Virus record (IMG/VR): IMGVR_UViG_3300037067_026753
Source: a virus
Reading direction: 5' to 3' (one strand)
DNA length: 61,485 nucleotides
Part shown: positions 47,399 to 56,676 of the stretch, in pieces
Numbering within the stretch: position 1 is the stretch's first letter
Layout of the letters: every line of letters begins with the position of its first letter
Program-made: the position numbers and the translations under genes
The notes under the pieces: generated by a model
Databases searched by the model: none
What the model was told of the DNA's origin: nothing
What the model saw: the letters and a program-made list of their open reading frames with translations, nothing else

Positions 47399-48068
47399 TT
47401 AAAGTATTACATTTTTTCTCTCCTTTTTTGTTTTAGAAATTTTCTCCCTTACTTCTTTTCTCTTGGAAACATTGTTTTCACCACTTATTAAAATTTTTCT
47501 TTGTGGATTATTTTTCCAAAAATTTAAGACTGCTTTTGAAATATTTTGTTTTTGTTCTATTGTTCTTTTTCTTCCTCTTAAAATAAATTTAGGTTTGCCT
47601 TTTTGTTTTTTAGACGCATGCGACATTTTTTGTCTAGTAATTTCTGTCGGTTTTCTACCAGACATTGCAAGACTCACTTTTTTCTTGCGCTGTTCTGTCC
47701 AAGGAGATTTTATAAAACAATCTTTTTTCCCATTCGCAGTATCTTCTTTATACTTACTTCTAATTTCTTCTCTTCGCGGATTATTTGAAAAACAATCGCC
47801 CCCATCACCACCTTTTGTTATATCCAACAGGTGCTCTTGAATTAAGAAACTCTATCCAATATTTTTCTCTTTCATTTAGCTGATCTACTTGACATTCTTC
47901 TATAATATCTTTTCGAAAATTTTCTTGGCCATATTTTATTATTGCTTTTCGTATAAGTATACCTGATCCATAATATTGAATATTATACTTTAATTCTTTC
48001 CCGATATAAATTTTGCCATTCAAAAGATTTGTAATTTTATAAATTACGCTTAAACTTGCCATAATCAT
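47399..48068 (-). pseudogene. GIY-YIG homing endonuclease interrupted by a frameshift
   Basis: ORF 47805..48068 encodes the GIY-YIG domain (IYKITNLLNGKIYIGK...YYGSG...REKYWIE...N). ORF 47399..47827 encodes the lysine-rich NUMOD-like C-terminal half. The two ORFs overlap by 23 nt in different frames. Confidence 0.55.
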
Positions 48069-49084
48069 CTTTTTCTAAGTGTTCGTTCATAATCTTCAAA
48101 ACGTATTTTTGCGATTTTTGAACGCTGTTCTGTTCGAACTACAACTCCTTCAGGTTTTCCCAATGCATCATTTTCAAGCAAAGCGTTTGACATGCCCGGG
48201 AGCAGATTTTTCAACCAATCATAAGTCCCTTGAATGGTTTGTGGTGGACATGCTCCAATAATAGAAGGCACTATTAGACATCTTATATCTGCTGCTACAC
48301 TTGCAATTGTTCTGACTCCAACAAAATTTTGTCCCCCATTATCTCTCCAAGCAGCTATTTTTTCTATGGGCAAATCAAGTAAATCTTCAAACTCTTTTGC
48401 TTCCATCATTATGACATCAAACAACCTGAAACCAAGTTTCCCTGTTTTTGTATAATTTTTTGCCGTTCCTGCTTTACCCCCATAAACTTCCCCAAATAAT
48501 ACAAAAACAGATTGTTCAAGTTGGTCCCAGTAAATTCTTCTTGCATTGTCAGCCACAGTTTGAATTGTATCAACAATATCTAATGTAGGATTATGAATCC
48601 AATCTCCAAAACCATAAAGAAGTTCTTCACGAGAACCAATTAGATATGTCCCTTTAGGAAACAAAATAATACGAGCATTTGTACCATCAATTTTCTCAGA
48701 AAGAAAAATTTCGTCATCTGCTGAAAAAGATACAAGAACTTCTTCTTTCAAAGAACCTCTATCCCCAAGAGCATGATATGTAAGAATACTTGGGTATTTT
48801 GTAGCCGAATTGATTTTTTTCAAATCAAAAGCTCGCATATTCACACAATATTTACCATAATCAGGATTATGTTTCTTCATAATGTCGTATGTTGCCGGTC
48901 TTACTTTCCAGCCTACATTGTCGCAATTACCACAAGCTATACTCATGCTCATAGCAGCTACATCACCTGGCATAATTTCTTCGCTATTACAATTAGAACA
49001 AGTCATTACTACAAATGCTGACGGTGGACAAATCTTACCCTCATGCTTTATACCACAAAAAATACAATGCTTAGCTTCACTCAT
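48065..49084 (-). CDS. ATP-dependent RNA ligase (Rnl2-like nucleotidyltransferase) with an N-terminal zinc finger
   Basis: Motif I EKIDGTNARI (compare Rnl2 KIHGTN). N-terminal Cys clusters CIFCG...CP, CSNCNS and CGNCDN. Confidence 0.55.
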   Translation of the reverse strand: MSEAKHCIFCGIKHEGKICPPSAFVVMTCSNCNSEEIMPGDVAAMSMSIACGNCDNVGWKVRPATYDIMKKHNPDYGKYCVNMRAFDLKKINSATKYPSILTYHALGDRGSLKEEVLVSFSADDEIFLSEKIDGTNARIILFPKGTYLIGSREELLYGFGDWIHNPTLDIVDTIQTVADNARRIYWDQLEQSVFVLFGEVYGGKAGTAKNYTKTGKLGFRLFDVIMMEAKEFEDLLDLPIEKIAAWRDNGGQNFVGVRTIASVAADIRCLIVPSIIGACPPQTIQGTYDWLKNLLPGMSNALLENDALGKPEGVVVRTEQRSKIAKIRFEDYERTLRKR

Positions 49085-49850
49085 TCTCTTTATCCCCTGC
49101 AGCCATAGCCTTTATGACTTCATTCAACACCGGTGCTTGACATTCTCCTGGTTTTGTAGCAGTAAGCTCTACTCCTGCATTTTCTGCAAAAAACATATCA
49201 CCCTGATTGAAACGTAGAGCATCAGCTTGCTTGCACTTCTCTATCCATTCTTTAAAACCATTTTCATAATCATCGGTTAGACTGGAAAGCCATTTGAAAA
49301 ATTCTTCCAAAGTCGAAGGAAGTACGCCCACCCAATCAGAACCATAGTCATAAGGGCCCTGTGTTTGCTCATCCCAATAATCTATATGTTCTGATTCTCC
49401 ATTTTCAAGATAACGATCTATATAATGTTTTCCTGTATGATCACTACCAGAAAACCAAACTTCGTCATCTTTGGGCTCGCGTCCAAGTGATTTAAGAACT
49501 TCAGTCACTTTATCTTTATAGCCTGCACAACCTATGCCAGCAAAACGATGATAAACAGGTTTTTCAGGTTCTTTTTTATAATCAGTACAACTTGCATAAA
49601 TAAAAATGCCGTTTTGAGGACCTCTGATTGATACAATATCAAATCCTGCAAGTTGTACATCTCCTGAATTTATTGCTGCAATTGTTGGCTTTGTAAAATC
49701 ATGTTCTTCATGCCACATTTCTTCGCTCGAAACATAAGCCCAATTTTTATAAATTGAAATTGAAGATTTTAATTTGTAATGATTGAACGTGCCATTACAA
49801 GCTTGAGCGTCAGAATTAAAAGCTAAACAATCCCAATTTGAGAGTGCCAT
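49077..49850 (-). CDS. Hypothetical protein (257 aa)
   Basis: ORF from the supplied track. Confidence 0.5.
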   Translation of the reverse strand: MALSNWDCLAFNSDAQACNGTFNHYKLKSSISIYKNWAYVSSEEMWHEEHDFTKPTIAAINSGDVQLAGFDIVSIRGPQNGIFIYASCTDYKKEPEKPVYHRFAGIGCAGYKDKVTEVLKSLGREPKDDEVWFSGSDHTGKHYIDRYLENGESEHIDYWDEQTQGPYDYGSDWVGVLPSTLEEFFKWLSSLTDDYENGFKEWIEKCKQADALRFNQGDMFFAENAGVELTATKPGECQAPVLNEVIKAMAAGDKENE

Positions 49851-49871
49851 TAGAACATACTCCTTAAGCCA

Positions 49872-50696
49872 TCAATCCACGAATTTTACATTTGCCCTTG
49901 CACGTGCTTTGGATTCAGTATTGACAAGTACTTTATGCCATACGCTTCCAAGATTCACAGTAGCATGTTCTTCATGCGAAATTTTGCCCTTGGCATACAC
50001 ATTGGGATCAGCCATCATAGAACGGTAACGCTTTGCACTATCAGGTTGCTCTTTTAAGAGCTTTTGATAATCTTTCACTTCAATAACGTTACTCCCAAGA
50101 ACATAAACTTGTCTTCCACCTACTCTGTACAAAAATTCAGCATAGTGAAAGTGAGAACCTCCACCTCTCATCGGTTCGTTCTTCCAGACTTTTGTCAAGT
50201 TCCCTTTGGGCGGCTCAAAATTCGGTTGAGGAACAAACATGAATTCGCCTTGACGGTGAATTTTCTTTCCCGACTTCAAAAGACGGTGTCTCTTATGCGC
50301 ATTCTTTTTGTTGACACCCTCTTTCGATTCAATGTCAATAAGTTCTTTGGGTTTTAAAGCTTGTTTGGCACCAATTACCGTAGTAACTCTTGAAGATTCA
50401 GGGATAGCACAAGTGAACCAGTGACGTTCATCATGTCCACAAAGAAATTTCGACTTGATTTCGCTTGTCTTATCGCCTTTTCTGTTGATAACAGGTACTT
50501 TTGTCATCAAAAGCAAATGTCTGTCAGCTTTTTGAGCATCAAGAATCAACATTTCTATTTCTTTTGTGACTTGAAGCTCAAAATACTCGCCTTCACTGTC
50601 TCTTCTGACATCAATAGAAAAACCATCTCTACGTGGCTCAATGACTTTTACTCGAGCCCCGATTGCTTCGAATTTCTTTTCGATTGTTGTTGTCAT
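49872..50696 (-). CDS. Hypothetical protein (274 aa)
   Basis: ORF from the supplied track. Confidence 0.5.
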   Translation of the reverse strand: MTTTIEKKFEAIGARVKVIEPRRDGFSIDVRRDSEGEYFELQVTKEIEMLILDAQKADRHLLLMTKVPVINRKGDKTSEIKSKFLCGHDERHWFTCAIPESSRVTTVIGAKQALKPKELIDIESKEGVNKKNAHKRHRLLKSGKKIHRQGEFMFVPQPNFEPPKGNLTKVWKNEPMRGGGSHFHYAEFLYRVGGRQVYVLGSNVIEVKDYQKLLKEQPDSAKRYRSMMADPNVYAKGKISHEEHATVNLGSVWHKVLVNTESKARARANVKFVD

Positions 50697-51142
50697 ATAA
50701 CCTCTAAATAAAGCGTGCTTCCAATAAATTTTTCAAGAACTTTACCATGATCAAAAGCAAGATCAGGTAAATTATTTATATCAAAAAATTCAAGTTTCCT
50801 TGCATCATCTTTAGCTTTAGGCTCACCAGTGCATCTATGTACATAATAAACATGATCTATCACATGTCCTCTTGGATCTCTTTTGGGATCAGAATTGACC
50901 ATGAATAATTCAAGATGTCTGGGCTCCACAACTAAATTTGTTTCTTCATAAAACTCCCTTGCTCCTGCAACCTCCAAACTTTCTTGATCACAGTTCAAAA
51001 ATCCACCCGGTAATGCCCACATACCAACAAAGGGTTCATGATCTCTCTGAATCAACAAAATTTTATTTGTTTTGTTTGTAGTCATGTAAATCAAACTAGC
51101 AGTCGAAGCTGCATTTTTAAAATCATGAATATCAGTTGGCAT
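50693..51142 (-). CDS. Nudix hydrolase
   Basis: Nudix box GGFLNCDQESLEVAGAREFYEETNLVV (Gx5Ex7REUxEExGU). Confidence 0.8.
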   Translation of the reverse strand: MPTDIHDFKNAASTASLIYMTTNKTNKILLIQRDHEPFVGMWALPGGFLNCDQESLEVAGAREFYEETNLVVEPRHLELFMVNSDPKRDPRGHVIDHVYYVHRCTGEPKAKDDARKLEFFDINNLPDLAFDHGKVLEKFIGSTLYLEVI

Positions 51143-51443
51143 TTAATGCTCCTTGAACAATTTCCTTATAATGATTCGTATTACCTTTGACAGACAAATA
51201 GCATTCCTTAACTAATTCAAGAATACTTTTCGGAGCAAAGAAAGTTGAATTTTTCATATGCGCATGGCTCGAATAAACAAAGCCTTTTCCATTCAGATTG
51301 AGAGCTACACCACCAGACTTATCAATATTATCTATACAAAGAGAGCCACCTACATAATAAATAGGCCCCTCTCGCGTAATTATACGTTTTGCAATATGCC
51401 GCCAGCAAACAGGAAATGTATTGTAGTTTGTTTCAACCATCAA
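51132..51443 (-). CDS. Hypothetical protein (103 aa)
   Basis: ORF from the supplied track. Confidence 0.4.
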   Translation of the reverse strand: MMVETNYNTFPVCWRHIAKRIITREGPIYYVGGSLCIDNIDKSGGVALNLNGKGFVYSSHAHMKNSTFFAPKSILELVKECYLSVKGNTNHYKEIVQGALNAN

Positions 51444-51649
51444 TGTCTCCTTGAAAAATCAAATGGTATACGTCGTATAGCCATTATTAGACTTACCGGT
51501 GCAAAAACAAAATTCAAGGCTACAGCAAACTTTTGTTCCAAGAATCGTGTCTCATGCATTGCAAACTCAGCTCTTACACAAAAAATTGTCCATAAAGCGC
51601 ACATCATTATATAAAGAACAATAAACAATATCAAGAAAAACATTGTCAT
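51440..51649 (-). CDS. Small membrane protein (69 aa)
   Basis: Two hydrophobic helices. Confidence 0.4.
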   Translation of the reverse strand: MTMFFLILFIVLYIMMCALWTIFCVRAEFAMHETRFLEQKFAVALNFVFAPVSLIMAIRRIPFDFSRRH

Positions 51650-51705
51650 ATTAAATTTCCTTCTTGTGATATTATATTAAAAAACATTTTAAAAGGAAAA
51701 TTTCT

Positions 51706-51990
51706 ATGCAAATCTCAAAAGCATCAGATGATCTTTATCGTATTGTTATTACCTTCGACGCAAAAGAAGACACAGATGTTGCACGACAAACATGTTTCTT
51801 CCAATTAAGAGATTTGAATAATATTTACAAAATCAAACCAAGAGGAAAACAAAGAGTCAAATCAATAACTATTGAGCCGTTCAATAAAAAGAAACTAGAG
51901 CCCAAAGGCCCTAGTCCCGATCGAGACACACGTTCCAATAGATGTAGTCAACCCAAGTCTCGTGCGGTATCTCAGCATCGAGCCTCCTGA
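51706..51990 (+). CDS. Possible small plus-strand protein
   Basis: AAGGAAA RBS before the ATG at 51706. The 3' end runs antisense into the HNH gene, so the true extent is uncertain. Confidence 0.3.
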   Translation: MQISKASDDLYRIVITFDAKEDTDVARQTCFFQLRDLNNIYKIKPRGKQRVKSITIEPFNKKKLEPKGPSPDRDTRSNRCSQPKSRAVSQHRAS

Positions 51991-52465
51991 CAACCTGAAT
52001 TGGTGCGGATTTGCTAAGACGAGGAATATAAGGTTTCCTTATCAAATCCCTTTTATAGTTCTTAACATGCTTGCAACCTTTTTGCCCATTGCATCTTATG
52101 CAGCTCACTACAATGTTGTCCCACCAAGTCTTACCGCCGTCTTGCCGTGGAATTACATGGTCAAACGTGAAATTTGAAAGAGTAACCTTCTTACCGCAAT
52201 ACATGCAACATCCAGCATCTCTGAGATAAACATTTTTCCTTGTAAAAGGAAGCACGTTTGTAAAATGCTTTGGTACATAGTCAGAGTCAATGCACTTGAT
52301 CACTGAAGGTATCGGCATTACAAAATTTACTCCACAGAATTTCTGCTCATAGTTTTCTAAAGCAATAGCTCTCTGTGTTGAGACTAATGCAATAGCCCTA
52401 CGAGTTGAGACAATTGAAACTGGGATCATACCGATATTGAGCATTAAAGTTTGCATAATGGACAC
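51911..52465 (-). CDS. HNH endonuclease
   Basis: CMYCGKKVTLSNFTFDHVIPRQDGGKTWWDNIVVSCIRCNGQKG. Confidence 0.7.
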   Translation of the reverse strand: MSIMQTLMLNIGMIPVSIVSTRRAIALVSTQRAIALENYEQKFCGVNFVMPIPSVIKCIDSDYVPKHFTNVLPFTRKNVYLRDAGCCMYCGKKVTLSNFTFDHVIPRQDGGKTWWDNIVVSCIRCNGQKGCKHVKNYKRDLIRKPYIPRLSKSAPIQVVRRLDAEIPHETWVDYIYWNVCLDRD

Positions 52466-52534
52466 CTGACTATATATTAAATATAAATTCTTGCTATTTC
52501 AAAGCAAACACGTTAAAGATTTAGATCCATAAGA

Positions 52535-53410
52535 TTAAATGCCCAAGGCCGGGGTCGAACCGACATGAGACTCAGTCTCGGCAGGTCTTAAGCCTGCAGT
52601 GTCTCCCAATTTCACCACTTGGGCTCGAAAATTATCTGAATCAAAAGTAAAATATTGCTTTAAATTATGGCCTTCTGTAATTAATTTTATATAGTTGTCA
52701 ATTGGAATATTTCTTCTTCTAAAAAACTTAATAATCTCAAGCAATGTTTCATAAAAAATTACTCTAATCACATAACCATTATTTTTAAAAGCTTCTACAA
52801 CTTTATCAACATGAGACCCTCGAAAACCTTTTATTTCATATAGCTTGCCTTCAATATCAAAATCATTTATTCTTGTCGATCCATTATACTGCACTCTTAT
52901 ATTCTCATAATCAAATTTAATGTGTTTATAAACTAGATAAAGAGCAAAAATAAACTCAAAAGTGCTTCTCAAAAGAACTTTTTTGTTATTAAAGATAAAA
53001 TAAGAATATTTTCCTCTACCAATTCCTTTTGCAGGTGTCAACAAACCTTGAGCATATAATTTTTTTCTAGTTTCTGATTGTTTTATATGTGCAGGATGAT
53101 TTTTAGTTTTTGATCTTTCTATGCTTGCTTTGACAAAAGGGTTATTAAAACCTATTTTTTTTAATCTTATTGAATTCGCTTCACTTATACGTCGTATCGC
53201 TTCTGATGTTTGCTTTGTTAACCCTTTTGCCCATGCTCTTTTTTTGTCCAATTGTTTTGTCGGAATTCTTCCTTCTTTATGTGCTTTCTTAATTGCTTCA
53301 GAATTTTTCTTCCTTATTTTTGGACAAGAGTTCCACGAGTTTGAACAACACCATTTCTTATTACTTAACTGAAACTTTGCTTCTTGTTCGCATCCATATT
53401 CGCACTGCAT
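52535..53410 (-). CDS. Putative homing-endonuclease-like protein (N-terminal zinc finger, basic repeats, C-terminal D..E.K motif)
   Basis: N-terminal CEYGCE...CCSNSWNSCP, a lysine-rich middle, and DFDIEGKLYEIKG (PD-(D/E)xK-like). The 3' end reads through the tRNA-Leu gene, so the true stop is uncertain. Confidence 0.4.
   Translation of the reverse strand: MQCEYGCEQEAKFQLSNKKWCCSNSWNSCPKIRKKNSEAIKKAHKEGRIPTKQLDKKRAWAKGLTKQTSEAIRRISEANSIRLKKIGFNNPFVKASIERSKTKNHPAHIKQSETRKKLYAQGLLTPAKGIGRGKYSYFIFNNKKVLLRSTFEFIFALYLVYKHIKFDYENIRVQYNGSTRINDFDIEGKLYEIKGFRGSHVDKVVEAFKNNGYVIRVIFYETLLEIIKFFRRRNIPIDNYIKLITEGHNLKQYFTFDSDNFRAQVVKLGDTAGLRPAETESHVGSTPALGI
52540..52624 (-). tRNA. tRNA-Leu (anticodon TAA), type II
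   Basis: Acceptor GCCCAAG/CTTGGGC, anticodon loop CTTAAGA, long variable arm, T-loop TTCGACC. Confidence 0.8.
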
Positions 53411-53490
53411 GCTTACTCCTTTTATTAGAAGTAAGCATATAAAAACTTTAATAATTAAGACTGTTGTGTATGCCTTACATAAGCTTAAAA

Positions 53491-54114
53491 TTACCCTTTG
53501 CGTTGGTGTGCTAATTTCCTAAAACTAAATTTGTCGTACCCGTGCGATTCAGCTTTCAACTTGTCTGAAATCGGCCATGGCTCTTTTTCTTTATTTGTCA
53601 AAACTCCACTTATAAACTGCTGTACCTTTTGAAACATAGTAAATGGGTCAATGATTTTTTCAAAATTAAAGTTTTTAAGACAAGAGTCTTTTTCGTTAAA
53701 CATTTGTCTATTGCATTTTTCTTGTTGCGTAATAATCGGCGTTCTATACTTTATATGCTCATTAAACAACTTTTCAGAAATTTCAATTTTAAAATCTGTC
53801 TCAATGTACTTGTTCCGTTTAATCAATTCTTCATAATATTTTGCGTTAGCAGTTCTAATAGCTTGTATAAATGATTCTACTTCATAGTAATACTTATCTT
53901 CATAATACAAACCTTTATAAACAGTCCCACAAACAGAAACTTTAAACTTTCTTACAAGTTCACGATCATAATAAAAAAATCGTTCAAATGCAGATTTATC
54001 ATTAAAAATGTCTTCTTTAATTTCTTCTGTTTTACGTTTATAAACAATGGACTTATCTATACCAAATGTCTTGATGGTATCATAATAATCATGAAATTTC
54101 GAAACAATCAACAT
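53491..54114 (-). CDS. Hypothetical protein
   Basis: The likely start is MLIVSK at 54114, with an AAGGAAAT RBS. The tracked ORF extends to 54159. Confidence 0.5.
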   Translation of the reverse strand: MLIVSKFHDYYDTIKTFGIDKSIVYKRKTEEIKEDIFNDKSAFERFFYYDRELVRKFKVSVCGTVYKGLYYEDKYYYEVESFIQAIRTANAKYYEELIKRNKYIETDFKIEISEKLFNEHIKYRTPIITQQEKCNRQMFNEKDSCLKNFNFEKIIDPFTMFQKVQQFISGVLTNKEKEPWPISDKLKAESHGYDKFSFRKLAHQRKG

Positions 54115-54132
54115 GATGATTTCCTTAACAAA

Positions 54133-54204
54133 TAGCGGGGGAGAGAATCGAACTCCCACTCTTTGGGTTATGAGCCCAATATCTTGCCATTAGAAGACCC
54201 CGCA
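54133..54204 (-). tRNA. Initiator-type tRNA-fMet (anticodon CAT)
   Basis: Positions 2-7 are GCGGGG, pairing with CCCCGC. Positions 1 and 72 are unpaired (U and U). The anticodon arm is TTGGG-CTCATAA-CCCAA with three G-C pairs next to the loop. It is near-identical to E. coli tRNA-fMet as I recall it. Confidence 0.7.
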
Positions 54205-55100
54205 AATTTCAAAGTATCTGACAATTTCAATAAGCACTTATCAATGTCTTTTTTTACTTCTGAAGCAGTAAAACGTAACACTTCCCAACCATTTGATTTA
54301 GACCAGTTATCTCGCTTCTGATCTTTTTGTTTTACTACATCAAGTTCATGACTCTTTCCATCAATCTCTACATCAACTTTTATATCAACAAAAGCAATGT
54401 CATATTCATAAATTCCAATTTGATATCTTGCTGTCCATCCAGATATATTATTTTTAATTAAAGCTTGTTTAAATAATTCTTCGACATAAGAAAGTTTTGA
54501 ACTGTGATATAAACGATAAGGTAATCTATCAGGGTGTTCGCTAAAAAACTTAATTGCATGTTTTGAAATTTTTTGTTTTGCTTGTTCTGACAAATGTACT
54601 TTCTTTTTACAATTTTTCAAAGCGATTCTAATAAGTTCGACACCAAATAACTTTCTAAGCTCTTCTTTTGATTCTCCAAGTTCCCATCTGTTTTTGATAT
54701 TCTGTATAATATTTGGATAATTTTTGATTAAATATGCTGCACATTTTTTCTTGTGCTTTGAAAAATTCCCTTTATTGAAATCTCTACCACAAACACACTG
54801 TACTTGCTCTCTAAATCCATAAAAACCTATTTTTGTCGATTTCTTTCTTTTGCAACTTGCATGAGAACATTTTTGACTTTCACTTATTGTTCTTTTTGGA
54901 GTGTTCCTTAGAGCATAAACTATAATTTTTTTAGAAATTAGTCCTTCTTGTCGAATTTCATTTATAGACATACCAGAATTGTATTTTTTAACAATCTCAT
55001 CATAACTATCAATTGACAAATTACATCTTGAATTATGTTGAGTACAACCTGATTTTGTATTGAAACTCCTATTACATTTTTTGCAAAAATACATATTCAA
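54168..55100 (-). CDS. Vsr/DUF559-like homing-endonuclease-like protein with N-terminal zinc fingers
   Basis: N-terminal CKKCNRSF...CTQHNSRC. C-terminal DVEIDGKSHELDVVKQKDQKRDNWSKSNGWEVLRF. Paralog of 43653..44495. The 3' end overlaps tRNA-fMet. Confidence 0.5.
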   Translation of the reverse strand: MNMYFCKKCNRSFNTKSGCTQHNSRCNLSIDSYDEIVKKYNSGMSINEIRQEGLISKKIIVYALRNTPKRTISESQKCSHASCKRKKSTKIGFYGFREQVQCVCGRDFNKGNFSKHKKKCAAYLIKNYPNIIQNIKNRWELGESKEELRKLFGVELIRIALKNCKKKVHLSEQAKQKISKHAIKFFSEHPDRLPYRLYHSSKLSYVEELFKQALIKNNISGWTARYQIGIYEYDIAFVDIKVDVEIDGKSHELDVVKQKDQKRDNWSKSNGWEVLRFTASEVKKDIDKCLLKLSDTLKFAGSSNGKILGS

Positions 55101-55102
55101 AA

Positions 55103-55432
55103 TTACTCAAAACGGTCACTGACATTCTTCCAGTCCTTACCATCCGTTCTTACTTTTCTTCTGCCCCACTTTTCAGCTTCCTTTGCTTGCAATCTAACAA
55201 GCAGCTTAGCTTCAGGCATTACTTGTATCATTCTTCGAGCCTCAGAAAATGAAACGCACAAATTTGCTTCAACCAATCTCTTAGGCTCTATTTTTTCCAT
55301 TTGACACCAACCATAAGATTTTCTTTCAAAAGCTATTCCACATTTTTCACACACTCTTATTTTATCGTCCTCGGCAATTTGATCACATGCCCACCCGCAC
55401 CGACATGTACAAGCATCACCTAACCAACTCAT
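55103..55432 (-). CDS. Cys-rich small protein (109 aa)
   Basis: CTCRCGWACD...CEKCG...C. Confidence 0.4.
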   Translation of the reverse strand: MSWLGDACTCRCGWACDQIAEDDKIRVCEKCGIAFERKSYGWCQMEKIEPKRLVEANLCVSFSEARRMIQVMPEAKLLVRLQAKEAEKWGRRKVRTDGKDWKNVSDRFE

Positions 55433-55671
55433 TTTTTACATTTCTGACATAAGTTATCAATATGATTTGTCATTTGCACGCATTTTTCACAAAACTCAAG
55501 TTCCATTTCTTTAATCTCGAGCACCCAACGCCATGCATATCTACATGTGCAATCAATACAATATAACCCGTTAGGGTCATTTGGCCACACAGGGCACAAC
55601 TTTGCGTCATCTTTTTCCTGAGCAACATCGCATTGCGCTATTGCTTGTTCTATTTGCTCTTTTGTTTTCAT
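55429..55671 (-). CDS. Cys-rich small protein (80 aa)
   Basis: CPVWPN...CIDCTCRYAW...CEKCVQMTNHIDNLCQKCKK. Confidence 0.4.
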   Translation of the reverse strand: MKTKEQIEQAIAQCDVAQEKDDAKLCPVWPNDPNGLYCIDCTCRYAWRWVLEIKEMELEFCEKCVQMTNHIDNLCQKCKK

Positions 55672-56366
55672 TTTTTCACGCCAAAAACACTATAATTGCC
55701 AAATGTTGGACGTTTAAAATATACGGTCATATCGGGTTCTAAACCCGTTTTCCTTACATATATTTCAAATTTACTGTCAAGCAAACTATGCAGCTCTTTT
55801 TCAGTATAATGCTTGACATGATATTTTACTATTTTATGATCAGGGTATCTTTCACCATTTGGAGTAGTAAAGCACCAGATACCATTGGGCTTCAAAACTC
55901 TATAAACTTCGCTAATTACTTTTTCAACCTCTTCAACATGTTCAAATGTTTCTACCGAAACAACAGTATCAAAAAGACTGTCAATTTCAGGGATTTGCTT
56001 GATATCCCCTACATCATATTTTATATTTAAAGCATTGTAATGTTCTTTTGCAAAATCAATACTTTCTTTATCGATGTCGTAACCATGTACTCTTAATGCT
56101 CTACTGGCAAGCATTTTTGTGCCCATGCCACAACCACAAGCAATATCGAGCACTAATTTGTTTTCAACTGCAACTAGAAATTCACGATACATTAAATCAT
56201 GGATGTCTATATTGCCCTGGCCAGCTTTACCTGCGTGTTCTGGGATTATTCGTTCGCCGGTATATTGCATTGTTCCCTCGGATCTATAACAATTCCACGT
56301 AGCGCATTTGCACAAATCGTACAAACTCCTGGAACAAGTGCAGAAGCTATACCTTGTTGATTGCAT
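55668..56366 (-). CDS. Class I SAM-dependent methyltransferase
   Basis: VLDIACGCGMGT (motif I), HGYDID, VVSVETFEHV, LKPNG. Confidence 0.65.
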   Translation of the reverse strand: MQSTRYSFCTCSRSLYDLCKCATWNCYRSEGTMQYTGERIIPEHAGKAGQGNIDIHDLMYREFLVAVENKLVLDIACGCGMGTKMLASRALRVHGYDIDKESIDFAKEHYNALNIKYDVGDIKQIPEIDSLFDTVVSVETFEHVEEVEKVISEVYRVLKPNGIWCFTTPNGERYPDHKIVKYHVKHYTEKELHSLLDSKFEIYVRKTGLEPDMTVYFKRPTFGNYSVFGVKK

Positions 56367-56570
56367 TGAGAACAGAGAATTTCCATATTACCATTCCTTA
56401 AATTTGGGATCGGAACGTATTTCTTCTACAAATTCTTTAAGATGTTCACAAGGCGGTTCTTCTTTTCCAATTCTCCAAGCAGCACCACAACTGGAACATA
56501 TAATTACGTTTGGAACAAGATCCCATTTTCTTATTGTTTTTTCAGCATTCAAAATAAAAGGCTCCAAAAA

Positions 56571-56654
56571 CGGAGGTACCAGGAATTGAACCTGGGGAGC
56601 TTTTCAGCTTTGCTTGTTTTCGAAACAAGGCCCTCGACCAACCGGACTACCTCC
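56571..56654 (-). tRNA. tRNA-Ser (anticodon CGA), type II, with an atypical acceptor/D-arm junction
   Basis: Acceptor GGAGGTA/TACCTCC, G73, anticodon stem CTTGT/ACAAG with loop TTCGAAA, long variable arm, T-loop TTCAATT. No U8 is identifiable by hand. Confidence 0.6.
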
Positions 56655-56676
56655 ATATATAGTTTCATTAACCTTA

